64,000 nucleotides of DNA, from positions 1,839-65,838 of the forward strand of contig JAAYDW010000032.1 of NCBI GenBank assembly GCA_012729055.1, read 5' to 3'. Positions 18,726-29,365 of this stretch are shown here, piece by piece. A model generated the notes under the pieces. The model was not told where the DNA came from, ran no database searches, and saw only the letters and a list, made by a program, of their open reading frames with translations. This DNA comes from Deltaproteobacteria bacterium (GTDB lineage: Bacteria; Desulfobacterota; Syntrophia; Syntrophales; Smithellaceae). Positions within the stretch are counted from its first letter, which is position 1; every line of letters begins with the position of its first letter. The position numbers and the translations under genes are program-made.

Positions 18726-19712
18726 ATGAGAAAAACGCCCGCTCACCCGCTTGCCGCTTCCCGGTTTTTCCCGGGGCACAGGACCTTCTTCCGCCAGGCG
18801 TCAGCCCTGGTCCTGGTTTTGTGCCTGGCGCATGTTTTGTTTTTATCTCAGCCGGCGCGGGCGGCCGACCCCTCGCCGCAGGCGCTGGCGCAGTTTCTGC
18901 GGAAGGTCGACGAGCACAACGCCCGTTACGGCTGGAAGGATATCCGGTGCGGCGAAGTAAACTGGGAGTATCACCGCACCACGCAAAACCGCCATCCGCT
19001 CATATTCGCGCGGTTCGGCCAGCCGTCGGGCAACTGCATTTTATTTCTCGGCGGTGTTCACGGCGATGAATTGCCGACGATTTATCTGATGTTCAAACTG
19101 GCGGACTTTCTTAAGCGCAATCCGGACGCGGTCGGGAATCACTGCGTCGTTATCGCGCCGCTGGTCAATCCCGACGGATACCTGAGGCTGCAGCCGACGC
19201 GCGTCAACGCCAACGGCGTGGACATCAACCGCAACTTTCCCACCCGGCGCTGGCATCCGGACGCCCACCGCCAGTGGCAGGCGAAGGGCAAAAAGAACGG
19301 GCGCTACTATCCCGGTTCGAAAGCGGCCTCCGAACAGGAAACGCTGTTTCAGGCGGCGCTGATCCGGCGGTTTCAGCCGCAGAAAATTCTCAGCGTTCAT
19401 TCGCCGCTCAATTTCTTTGATTACGACGGTCCGTCCACCGATCTGGACTCTTTTGAAAAATGGATGGAAAAAATGTCCCGGGAAACGCGGCATCCCCTGA
19501 AAAAATTCGGCGTCTACCCGGGATCGCTCGGAAATTACGCGGGCAACGAACGCGGTATTTTTACGCTGACGCTGGAACTGCCCACCTCCGATCCCCGGCA
19601 CAGCGCCGGGTATTTCGCGAAATTCCAATCCGCTTTTCTGAAATTTGTCGCCTTGCCGCTGACCGGCGCGCCGCCTCATACGAGACTCATGCAAAGCGGC
19701 AAAGGCCAATGA
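18726..19712 (+). CDS. secreted M14 family zinc carboxypeptidase / murein peptide amidase-like
   Basis: Signal peptide. GGVHGDE zinc-ligand motif and NANGVDINRNFP motif. Confidence 0.75.
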   Translation: MRKTPAHPLAASRFFPGHRTFFRQASALVLVLCLAHVLFLSQPARAADPSPQALAQFLRKVDEHNARYGWKDIRCGEVNWEYHRTTQNRHPLIFARFGQPSGNCILFLGGVHGDELPTIYLMFKLADFLKRNPDAVGNHCVVIAPLVNPDGYLRLQPTRVNANGVDINRNFPTRRWHPDAHRQWQAKGKKNGRYYPGSKAASEQETLFQAALIRRFQPQKILSVHSPLNFFDYDGPSTDLDSFEKWMEKMSRETRHPLKKFGVYPGSLGNYAGNERGIFTLTLELPTSDPRHSAGYFAKFQSAFLKFVALPLTGAPPHTRLMQSGKGQ

Positions 19713-19837
19713 GCCCGCCGTCCGTCAGGGCAGGCGGCGCAGCGGTGTTTCTGCGGAACCTTCATGGTTTAATTCCTGTTGGCATTTTACGGAAAAATAT
19801 GATCTGGTAGGCCATCCACATCAAGGGGAAATACGCG

Positions 19838-21196
19838 TTGAAAAAAAGCAAAACCAGTTTCTTCTGCCAGCATTGCGGGTACATGTCGCCCAAGTGGCTG
19901 GGCAAGTGCCCGTCCTGCAACGGCTGGAACTGCTTTGCCGAAGAGCCTCTTCCCGATCCGGACGCGGGCGGACGGCCCGATCTGGTTTTCGGCGGCAAAC
20001 CCCTTCCCATCGGGGACATTCCGGCCGAGGAGGGAAAGCGGATGCTGACCGGCATGGCCGAGATTGACCGGGTTCTCGGCGGCGGTCTGGTGAGCGGTTC
20101 GGCGATTCTCGTCGGCGGCGAGCCGGGCATCGGCAAATCGACCCTGATGCTTCAGGTGATGCAAAACCTGGCCGCAGGCGGCCGGAGGGTGCTTTACGTT
20201 TCCGGCGAGGAATCCGCCGCGCAGATCAAGCTGCGGGCCGACCGGATCGGCGCGCAGGCGAAGGATCTTCTGGTGCTGGTGGAAGTGTCCCTGGAAAAAA
20301 TTCTGGAGCAGATCAACGCCGTCGATCCCGCCGTGGTGGTGATCGATTCCGTTCAGACCGTTTATTCCAGCAGCCTGATGTCCGCGCCGGGCAGTGTGGG
20401 GCAGGTGCGCGAAGCGTCGTCGCGCCTGATCCTCGCCGCCAAAAAAAATGCCGTTCCCGTCTTTCTCATCGGGCACGTGACCAAGGACGGTTCGATCGCC
20501 GGTCCCAAAGTGCTGGAGCACATGGTGGATACGGTGTTGTACTTCGAAGGCGACTCGGGGCACGCCTACCGGATCATCCGCAGCATCAAGAACCGTTTCG
20601 GCCCCGCGAACGAAATCGGTGTTTTTGAAATGCGCGACCGGGGGCTGGAAGAAGTGCCCAATCCGTCGGCATTTTTCCTGGCCGAACGGCCGGAAAACGC
20701 GCCCGGCTCCGTTGTGGTGACAAGCCTGGAAGGCACCCGGCCGATTCTGGTTGAAATTCAGTCGCTGGTGGCGCAATCCAATCTCGGCATGCCCAGGCGA
20801 ACCGCCATCGGCGTGGATTCCAACCGCGTGTCGCTTTTAGTGGCGGTGCTGGAACGCATCTGTGGATTGCACCTGGGCGGTTCGGACATTTTCCTCAATG
20901 TCGCGGGCGGGGTCCGCGTGGAGGAGCCGGCGGTGGACCTGGGCATCGTTGCCGCGCTGGCGTCGAGCTTTCTGGACCGGCCGGTCGATCCGCGGACGGT
21001 GGTGCTGGGCGAAGTGGGGCTCACCGGCGAAGTGCGGGCGGTCTCTCAGATGGATATGCGCATCAAAGAGGCGGCGCGCCTGGGTTTCAACCGCTGCATC
21101 ATCCCGAAAACGTCTTCTCCTTCCGCGGCGGCCGCGGAAAAAATTTCTGTGACGGCCATCGGATCGCTTGCGGAACTGCTGGAAAATCTTTTTTGA
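19838..21196 (+). CDS. radA: DNA repair protein RadA/Sms
   Basis: N-terminal zinc finger CQHCGY...CPSCNGWN, Walker A GEPGIGKST, KNRFG motif and Lon-like C-terminal domain. TTG start. Confidence 0.95.
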   Translation: MKKSKTSFFCQHCGYMSPKWLGKCPSCNGWNCFAEEPLPDPDAGGRPDLVFGGKPLPIGDIPAEEGKRMLTGMAEIDRVLGGGLVSGSAILVGGEPGIGKSTLMLQVMQNLAAGGRRVLYVSGEESAAQIKLRADRIGAQAKDLLVLVEVSLEKILEQINAVDPAVVVIDSVQTVYSSSLMSAPGSVGQVREASSRLILAAKKNAVPVFLIGHVTKDGSIAGPKVLEHMVDTVLYFEGDSGHAYRIIRSIKNRFGPANEIGVFEMRDRGLEEVPNPSAFFLAERPENAPGSVVVTSLEGTRPILVEIQSLVAQSNLGMPRRTAIGVDSNRVSLLVAVLERICGLHLGGSDIFLNVAGGVRVEEPAVDLGIVAALASSFLDRPVDPRTVVLGEVGLTGEVRAVSQMDMRIKEAARLGFNRCIIPKTSSPSAAAAEKISVTAIGSLAELLENLF

Positions 21197-21236
21197 AATT
21201 CCCGCTTACTTTTTTTTACTTTTTTTCGGCGAAACC

Positions 21237-21264
21237 TTGACACGGGATAAATCGTGCATAAAAT
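21237..21264 (+). promoter_or_regulatory. putative promoter of groES-groEL (TTGACA-N16-TAAAAT); a TATAAT also occurs at 21282..21287
   Basis: Hexamers read by eye. No CIRCE inverted repeat is present. Confidence 0.45.
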
Positions 21265-21325
21265 AGCGCCGCTTAAGAAGCTATAATCATTACGTATAAA
21301 TAAGGAAGAAAGGAGAGTAAAAAGC

Positions 21326-21616
21326 ATGAAAATCAGACCCTTACAGGATCGGATCATTGTAAAGCGTTTGGAGGAGGAAACCAAAACCAAGGGCGGCATC
21401 ATCATCCCCGATACGGCCAAGGAAAAACCCATCGAAGGTAAAGTGGTTGCGGTCGGCAAAGGCAAAGTGGCGGATGACGGCAAACTGATCAAGCCCGAAG
21501 TCAGCGTGGGCGACAAAGTCCTTTTCAGCAAATACGGCGGCACGGAAGTCAAAATCGACGGCGAAGAATACCTGATCATGAGAGAAGACGACATTCTGGG
21601 CATCATTGAAAAATAA
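21326..21616 (+). CDS. groES: co-chaperonin GroES
   Basis: [35 protein letters not shown]. Confidence 0.97.
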   Translation: MKIRPLQDRIIVKRLEEETKTKGGIIIPDTAKEKPIEGKVVAVGKGKVADDGKLIKPEVSVGDKVLFSKYGGTEVKIDGEEYLIMREDDILGIIEK

Positions 21617-21627
21617 GAAAACTATAA

Positions 21628-23286
<1,659 letters not shown>

Positions 23287-23299
23287 GAAAAGTCAATGG

Positions 23300-23325
23300 C
23301 AGGGAACGGTCACGACCGTTCCCTG
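23300..23325 (+). terminator. hairpin after groEL (10-bp stem CAGGGAACGG / CCGTTCCCTG, 6-nt loop)
   Basis: Inverted repeat read directly; no T-tract. Confidence 0.4.
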
Positions 23326-23344
23326 CAGGCTGTCAGGTAAAAAA

Positions 23345-23376
23345 GCCCCCTGTCCTCGCGGACAGGGGGCTTTTTG
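23345..23376 (+). terminator. rho-independent terminator of groES-groEL
   Basis: 11-bp GC-rich stem GCCCCCTGTCC / GGACAGGGGGC, TCGC loop, followed by TTTTT. An A-run upstream makes it potentially bidirectional. Confidence 0.8.
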
Positions 23377-23409
23377 CTGCGTTGATTTTTTGGCTTGAAC
23401 GTTGTTGTC

Positions 23410-23439
23410 GATGCCCTGCCGCACTTGCCGCAGGGCATC
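23410..23439. other. third hairpin in the groEL-AKR spacer (10-bp stem GATGCCCTGC / GCAGGGCATC)
   Basis: Inverted repeat read directly. Confidence 0.3.
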
Positions 23440-23474
23440 CGGCAAAAGAGCTCCGGGCCGTTCCCGAATTGACC

Positions 23475-23503
23475 TTGACACGTCTTATGCCGTCTTCTAT
23501 AGT
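23475..23503 (+). promoter_or_regulatory. sigma70-type promoter of the aldo/keto reductase gene (TTGACA-N17-TATAGT)
   Basis: Near-consensus hexamers with 17-nt spacing, about 78 nt upstream of ATG 23582. Confidence 0.6.
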
Positions 23504-23581
23504 CATGACCATCGCAAGACTTGCTTTTTTCCCGGATGGACGAATGACCTGACGATCGGCGCTTGATGTTGAAGGAACGGG

Positions 23582-24619
23582 ATGTCGTTTATGAGAGAAA
23601 TCATTTTCGGCAAAACGGGGATGAAAGTTTCCGAACTGGGATTCGGGGGAATTCCCCTGATCCGCCTGGATAAAGAGACGGCCGATTCGGTTCTGCGCCG
23701 GGCCTTTGACCGGGGCATCACTTTTTACGACACAGCCAACATGTATCTCGACAGCGAGGAGAAGATCGGCGCGGCGTTTCGCGGAATGCGCGATCGGGTG
23801 GTCATTGCCTCCAAATCGCTGAAGCGCGACGCGGCAGGCATGGCCGGGCACATCGACAAGAGCCTTCGACGTCTCCAGACGGATTATATCGATCTCTATC
23901 AGTTGCATCAGGTATCCAGAGAAGCGGACTGGCAGACCATCAAGGGGCCGGGCGGCGCGCTGGAAGCGCTTCGGGCGGCGCAGGCCGAGGGCAAAATCAG
24001 GTTCATCGGTTTTTCGTCCCACAGTCCGGCAATGGCCGTGAAACTGGCCGTAACCGGCCTGTTTTGCTCGGTCCAGATTCCCTTCAACTTTATCGAAGTC
24101 GCAGCCGCCGATGAGCTTTTCCAAGCCGCCCGGTCAGGCCATCTCGGCATCCTGGCGATGAAGCCCTTTGCGGGCGGCATGATCGACAATGCAAAAATCG
24201 CTTTCAAATTTCTGCGGCAGTATCCCCATGTGCTGCCCATTCCCGGTTTTGACTCGGTGGCCGCCGTGGACGAGGTTGTCTCTTTTTATGCAACCGAAAA
24301 CCGGGTCACACCGGACGACCTCGCTGAGATGGAGCGTTACCGGTCCGAACTGGGCCGGCAATTTTGCCGCCGCTGTGAATACTGCCAGCCTTGCCCCAAC
24401 GGGGTTCTGATCACGCAGGCCATGGGATACCGGGTGATTGCGCAGCGGATGTCGCCCGCCGTGGCGGTTGAATTTTGCCGTCTGCCCATGGAAAGCACGC
24501 GCGAATGCAACGCCTGCGGCGATTGCCTCGAGAAATGCCCATACGAACTGCCCATTCCCGATATGCTGAAGTCGCTTTATGAGCTTTACCAGCAACATCG
24601 ACAAGTCCTGAAGAAGTAA
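23582..24619 (+). CDS. aldo/keto reductase with C-terminal 4Fe-4S cluster-binding domain
   Basis: AKR N-terminus (GKTGMKVSELGFGG, TFYDTANMY). C-terminal Cys clusters CRRCEYCQPCP and CNACGDCLEKCP. Confidence 0.85.
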   Translation: MSFMREIIFGKTGMKVSELGFGGIPLIRLDKETADSVLRRAFDRGITFYDTANMYLDSEEKIGAAFRGMRDRVVIASKSLKRDAAGMAGHIDKSLRRLQTDYIDLYQLHQVSREADWQTIKGPGGALEALRAAQAEGKIRFIGFSSHSPAMAVKLAVTGLFCSVQIPFNFIEVAAADELFQAARSGHLGILAMKPFAGGMIDNAKIAFKFLRQYPHVLPIPGFDSVAAVDEVVSFYATENRVTPDDLAEMERYRSELGRQFCRRCEYCQPCPNGVLITQAMGYRVIAQRMSPAVAVEFCRLPMESTRECNACGDCLEKCPYELPIPDMLKSLYELYQQHRQVLKK

Positions 24620-24666
24620 GCGTGGCGTATTTTTTCAACAACCGGAAAACATTTGTGGAGGCCTTC

Positions 24667-25764
24667 ATGAAAAAACTGCTGTTGGTCATCATCTGTGTCA
24701 CGCTTCTGGGCGTTTTGTATTTGCTGTTCTGACCGGTGCCGATTAAGCCCGTTGCCTGGAAGGCGCCCGAACCGCCCGGTTATACGGGGCCGCACGCCGC
24801 AAACACGAAACTGGCTTCGCTCCGCCTGATTTCGCTCGGCGCCGAGGAAGGGCCGGAGCACATCGTCATCGGCAAGGACGGCAAGCTTTACACAACCGTG
24901 CTGAGCGGCAATATTCTCCGCATGAATCCAGACGGCAGCGCTAAGGAGGTCTTTGTCAATACCGGCGGGCGTGTGCTGGGATTTGATTTCGACGCCCGGG
25001 GGAACCTCATCGCCGCGGACGCGGTAAAAGGCCTGCTGTCTGTCGGCCCCGACCGGAAAGTCACTCTCCTTGCCGACAGGGCCGGCAACGAGCCGATCCG
25101 CTATGCCGACGCGGTCGTTGTCGCCGGTTCGGGTAAAATTTACTTCAGCGACGCGTCCGGCCGCTTTGCGCCCGCCGACTGGGGTGGAACCTTCGAGGCC
25201 AGCATTCTGGATATCCTGGAACAGTCGTCCACCGGACGGATTCTGGAGTACGATCCGGTTGCAGAAACCGCGCGGGTAGTGGCCAGGGGATTGAGTTTTG
25301 CCAACGGCATTGCGCTCGGCCGCGATGAACAATCGCTCTTTGTGAATGAAACCGGCAAATACCGTGTCTGGAAAATTTCCGTCGCGGCGCGCGATCTCGA
25401 TGTGGCCCAGGGCGGCGACCAGGCCCGCGTATTGCTGGATAACCTGCCCGGCTATCCGGACAATCTCATGCGGGGGGAAGACGGCAGAATCTGGCTGGGC
25501 TTTGCCAAGCCGCGCAACGCGGTCGTAGACAGGCTGGCTGAAAAGCCGTTTTTGCGCAAGATCACGCTCCGGCTGCCGCGCGCCTTGTGGCCGGTGCCGA
25601 AGGCCTACGGCCACGTGATCGCCTTTACCGAAGACGGACGGATTGTCGCTGATTTGCAGGATCCCAGCGGCGCTTACCCGGAAACGACGGGTGTGACGGA
25701 AACCGCCGACCGGCTTTACATCCAGAGCCTGCATGCCAGGGGACTGGGGTGGATGGCGAAATAG
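24667..25764 (+). pseudogene. strictosidine synthase-like / SMP-30 beta-propeller protein interrupted by an in-frame TGA after the signal anchor
   Basis: ATG 24667 encodes MKKLLLVIICVTLLGVLYLLF. A TGA follows at 24730-24732. The same frame then continues PVPIKPVAWKAPEPPGY... into ORF 24736..25764. Confidence 0.5.
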
Positions 25765-25834
25765 CCGCGGATTTTCGCTCCCGGCAGGGGAAAGAGACGA
25801 TTGATTTTCGTTATGATTCGGAGAGGGTGAACTT

Positions 25835-26608
25835 ATGAACATTTCCGAACTGCTGGTAAAAAGCGTGCTGGTAAAAAGCGTTGCGGAAGAGGAGCAGGTC
25901 AGTATCCTTTATGAAGGCCGGGAGTACACCAACGCAAACCTTGACTGCACGGCCAGAAAGCTCGGCAACGCCCTCATGAAACTGGGCGTGAAGCGCGGCG
26001 ACCGGGTCATTCTGCAAATGCCCAACTGTTCGGAGATCTTTTCGGCCTTTCAAGCCATCTGGAAGATCGGCGCGGTGAGCGTACCCATCAACTATCAGGT
26101 GGGCATGGAAATGAAGATCTTCGACAATCAGGACCGGGAAGTTCCGCCGGGGCAGGAAGGCGAAATCGTTCTCCGCGGACCGATGGTGATGAAAGGCTGC
26201 TGGCGGCAGCCCGAAGCGACAGCGGAAATAATCCGCAACGGCTGGCTGCATACGGTCGATATCGGCTACGTGGACGCCGACGGTTACTTCTTCATTGCCG
26301 ACCGGAAGAAGGATATCATCATCAAGGGCGGTGAAAACATTTCACCTCGGGCGATTGAAGAAGTGCTCTACGCCCATCCGACGGTTGCCGAAGCCGCCGT
26401 GATCGGCGTGAAAGATTCGGTTTACGGAGAAGAGATCAAGGCGTTTGTCGCGCTCAAACCCGGTCTGTCGGCGACCGCGGAGGAAATTCGGGAATTTTGC
26501 CGGCAGAAGCTGAAGCGCTTCTTCGTACCCGGAGAGGTGGCCATTCTTCCGGCCCTGCCCAAATCGCTCGTCGGTAAAATCCTGAAGAAGGAGCTGCGCA
26601 AGTTGTAG
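25835..26608 (+). CDS. AMP-dependent synthetase/ligase remnant (N-terminal ~88 aa fused in frame to the C-terminal ~165 aa; central catalytic core absent)
   Basis: The N-terminal block ...GVKRGDRVILQMPNCSEIFSAFQAIWKIGAVSVPIN joins directly to the C-terminal block GQEGEIVLRGPMVMKGCW...DGYFFIADRKKDIIIKGGENISPRAIEEVL...GKILKKEL. No TSGTTGxPKG-type P-loop is present. Confidence 0.7.
   Translation: MNISELLVKSVLVKSVAEEEQVSILYEGREYTNANLDCTARKLGNALMKLGVKRGDRVILQMPNCSEIFSAFQAIWKIGAVSVPINYQVGMEMKIFDNQDREVPPGQEGEIVLRGPMVMKGCWRQPEATAEIIRNGWLHTVDIGYVDADGYFFIADRKKDIIIKGGENISPRAIEEVLYAHPTVAEAAVIGVKDSVYGEEIKAFVALKPGLSATAEEIREFCRQKLKRFFVPGEVAILPALPKSLVGKILKKELRKL
25856..25885 (+). repeat. 15-bp tandem duplication (CTGGTAAAAAGCGTG / CTGGTAAAAAGCGTT) inside the ligase remnant, encoding LVKSV-LVKSV
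   Basis: Read directly; 14/15 identity. Confidence 0.9.
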
Positions 26609-26661
26609 GCGTTTCTCCATTCTTTAGAAAGGGCGCAACCGGGGTGTTGCGCAGGAGAGTA

Positions 26662-26690
26662 TTGACACCATCGGCCACCCTCTCTATACT
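26662..26690 (+). promoter_or_regulatory. sigma70-type promoter of hrpB (TTGACA-N17-TATACT), -10 ending 7 nt before the ATG
   Basis: Near-consensus hexamers. No SD between the -10 and ATG 26697. Confidence 0.6.
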
Positions 26691-26696
26691 TCCGGC

Positions 26697-29237
26697 ATGC
26701 AAAAAGATCTGAAGAGCAAACCCGTTTTAACCTCCTATCCGATCGACGACATCCTTCCGGAAGTGAAAGAGGCTGTCCGGAAACATTCCGCCCTGGTCCT
26801 TCAGGCGCCGCCCGGCTCCGGCAAGACCACCCGGGTTCCCCTGGCGCTTCTGGATGTGATTCCGCCGGAAAAAGGGCGCATCCTGATGCTGGAGCCCCGG
26901 CGGATCGCAGCCGTTTCCGCCGCCCGGTGGATGGCCAAAACGCTGGGCGAGGAAATCGGCCGGACGCTGGGATATTCCATCCGGTTCGACAGCCGGGTTT
27001 CGCAGGGCACACGCATCGAAGTGATGACGGAGGGAATCCTCACCCGGCGCATCCTGGCCGATCCATCGCTCGAAGGCGTCGCCATGGTGATTTTCGACGA
27101 GTTCCATGAACGGAGCCTGCAGGCGGATCTCGCGCTGGCGCTGTGTCTCGATATCCGCCGCGCCCTGCGCGACGATCTGAAAATTCTGGTGATGTCCGCC
27201 ACGCTGGACGGCGGGCCGGTGGCGGACCTGCTTTCCGGGGCGGCCGTCATTTCCTCGCAGGGCAAATCCTTTCCTGTGGAGGAGCGCTACTGCGGGGACG
27301 ACCGGGATCAATCCGTGACCAAACGAACCGCCGCTGTCGTTCAAAAAGCGCTGGGAGAGACGGAAGGCGACATTCTCGTCTTTCTGCCGGGGGCGGGAGA
27401 AATCCGCGCCGTAAGAGACGTTCTGGCACAAACCCTTTCCGGCGACATCTCGCTTCATCCCCTTTACGGCGATTTGCCCTTCGACGAGCAGGAAAGGGCG
27501 ATTCTTCCTTCGTCCCGGCGCAAGATTGTCCTTGCCACAAACATCGCGGAGACCAGCCTGACGATTGAAGGGGTTCGTGTCGTGATTGACGGCGGACTTA
27601 CCCGCCGGCTTCAGTACGATCCCGCCACAGGCATGAATCGCCTGGTCACCGTCACAGTGTCGCAGGCATCAGCCCGGCAGCGTCAGGGCCGGGCGGGCCG
27701 TCTGGGACCGGGCGTTTGTTATCGCCTCTACAGCTCCCATACGTTCCAGACGCTCCTTCCCTTTGCCCCGCCGGAGATCGCCATTTCCGATTTGTCGTCT
27801 CTTGTTTTGGATCTGGCCGCCTGGGGGGTTTTAGACCCGGGACAGCTTTCCTGGCTCGATCCTCCTCCGCCCGCCGCCTGGCGAACGGCGCGGGAACTGC
27901 TTGTTGAACTTGGCGCCCTGGATGCCAAAGGGTCGATTACGCCGGCCGGCATCGCCATGGCGCGCCTGCCTCTTCATCCGCGGCTCGGCCGCCTGCTTAC
28001 GGAAGCGGTGCGGCTTGGCTGCCCGTCGCTGGGCGCGGATCTGGCGGCGCTGCTGTCCGAGCGCGACATTCTCCGCTCTGCCTCGGCGCAGCCTCTCGGC
28101 GGCGCGGATCTGGGCGAGCGCCTGGAGATCCTGCGGGGGTGGCGAAAAGACAAGCGGCCCTCCGGTGAGGCGGACCCGTGGGCGTTGCGCGCGGTGGATG
28201 CAACTTCCAGGCAACTGCGGCGCCTGTCCGGGAAAATCCCCGGAGGGTCCGGCGAAGAAACCGGCGGCGTGATTCCCCGACTGCTCCTTTGCGCCTTTCC
28301 CGACCGCATCGCCAAAAAGCGCGAAGACGATGAGAACCGGTATGTTTTGCGGCAGGGAAGAGGGATGAAACTTTCCGTCAAACATCCGCCGGACGACGGT
28401 TCCTACCTGATTGCCGTTGTGGTTGATAAAGGCGAAAAGACGGAAGGTACGGTCCATGTGGCCGAACCGCTTGCGGAGGCGCTCATCCGGAAAGAACTGG
28501 GCCATCAGATTGAAATCCTGCGGCGCGTCGTGTGGGACAAACAGGAAGGCCGTATCGTCGCCACTCTGGAAGAACGGTTGGGAATGATTGTGCTTGCGGC
28601 AAAACCGGCCAATCCTCCGGAGGCGGAAGTTGTATCCGTCCTTTGTTCTGCCATTCGCTCCGGTGCGGCCAAAATTCACTTCAGCCGGGAGGCCCTGCAG
28701 TTCCAGGCCCGCGTGCGCCTGATGCGAGAAACCTTTCCTGAAGAAAACTGGCCGGACATGGCCGAAGAAACGCTGCATGCAACACCCGAAGAATGGCTTT
28801 TGCCCTGGCTCGCCGGCATCCGCAGCGCCGGTCAGCTTGCCGCTCTGAACATTTTGCCCGCCCTTCAGGAAAAGCTTTCGTGGCAGCAGCGGCATCTTCT
28901 GGCCGACCGCGCGCCCGCGGCGATCGGCGTTCCCAGCGGCCACAGCATTCCGATTGATTATGTTTCCGGGGAGATTCCGGTCCTTCCCGTCAAGCTCCAG
29001 GAGATGTTCGGCCTGGCCGACACGCCGGCCATTGCCGGAGGAAGGATAAAATTACTTCTTCATCTTCTTTCGCCCGCCCGCCGGCCCGTTTCAATAACGC
29101 GCGATCTGAAACAATTCTGGAATACCGGTTACCCGCAGGTGAAAAAAGAATTGAAAGGCCGCTACCCGAAGCATCCCTGGCCTGACGATCCCTGGAACGC
29201 CGTCCCGACCCGGAGGACCAAAGGGCGCAGCGGATGA
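26697..29237 (+). CDS. hrpB: ATP-dependent RNA helicase HrpB
   Basis: APPGSGKTT Walker A, DEFHER box, helicase C domain and HrpB C-terminal domain; 846 aa. Confidence 0.95.
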   Translation: MQKDLKSKPVLTSYPIDDILPEVKEAVRKHSALVLQAPPGSGKTTRVPLALLDVIPPEKGRILMLEPRRIAAVSAARWMAKTLGEEIGRTLGYSIRFDSRVSQGTRIEVMTEGILTRRILADPSLEGVAMVIFDEFHERSLQADLALALCLDIRRALRDDLKILVMSATLDGGPVADLLSGAAVISSQGKSFPVEERYCGDDRDQSVTKRTAAVVQKALGETEGDILVFLPGAGEIRAVRDVLAQTLSGDISLHPLYGDLPFDEQERAILPSSRRKIVLATNIAETSLTIEGVRVVIDGGLTRRLQYDPATGMNRLVTVTVSQASARQRQGRAGRLGPGVCYRLYSSHTFQTLLPFAPPEIAISDLSSLVLDLAAWGVLDPGQLSWLDPPPPAAWRTARELLVELGALDAKGSITPAGIAMARLPLHPRLGRLLTEAVRLGCPSLGADLAALLSERDILRSASAQPLGGADLGERLEILRGWRKDKRPSGEADPWALRAVDATSRQLRRLSGKIPGGSGEETGGVIPRLLLCAFPDRIAKKREDDENRYVLRQGRGMKLSVKHPPDDGSYLIAVVVDKGEKTEGTVHVAEPLAEALIRKELGHQIEILRRVVWDKQEGRIVATLEERLGMIVLAAKPANPPEAEVVSVLCSAIRSGAAKIHFSREALQFQARVRLMRETFPEENWPDMAEETLHATPEEWLLPWLAGIRSAGQLAALNILPALQEKLSWQQRHLLADRAPAAIGVPSGHSIPIDYVSGEIPVLPVKLQEMFGLADTPAIAGGRIKLLLHLLSPARRPVSITRDLKQFWNTGYPQVKKELKGRYPKHPWPDDPWNAVPTRRTKGRSG

Positions 29238-29296
29238 AGGAAAAAGGACGATGGGAGGAAGGGTGATCGGTTAACGTTGTCTTGGCCGGGGGGATA

Positions 29297-29342
29297 CAAG
29301 ACACCGGAACCGGCGGGGCCGGTTCCGGTGTCTTGTTTTTTC
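29297..29342 (+). terminator. rho-independent terminator of hrpB
   Basis: About 17-18-bp stem CAAGACACCGGAACCGG(C) / (G)CCGGTTCCGGTGTCTTG followed by TTTTTT. Confidence 0.8.
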
Positions 29343-29365
29343 AATGGGGCTTTTTCAACGGGAAA

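Noticed and set aside
21197-21325. Looked for a CIRCE element (TTAGCACTC-N9-GAGTGCTAA) or a sigma32 CCCCATNT -10 upstream of groES
   Set aside because: Neither is present. Only sigma70-like hexamers and a TACGTA core were found.
24730-24732. Reading this in-frame TGA as selenocysteine, by analogy with the DsbA-like gene
   Set aside because: The position is at the end of a hydrophobic signal anchor, not a redox site. No nearby partner Cys and no obvious downstream stem-loop were seen. A nonsense change at a Trp codon or a sequencing error is more parsimonious.
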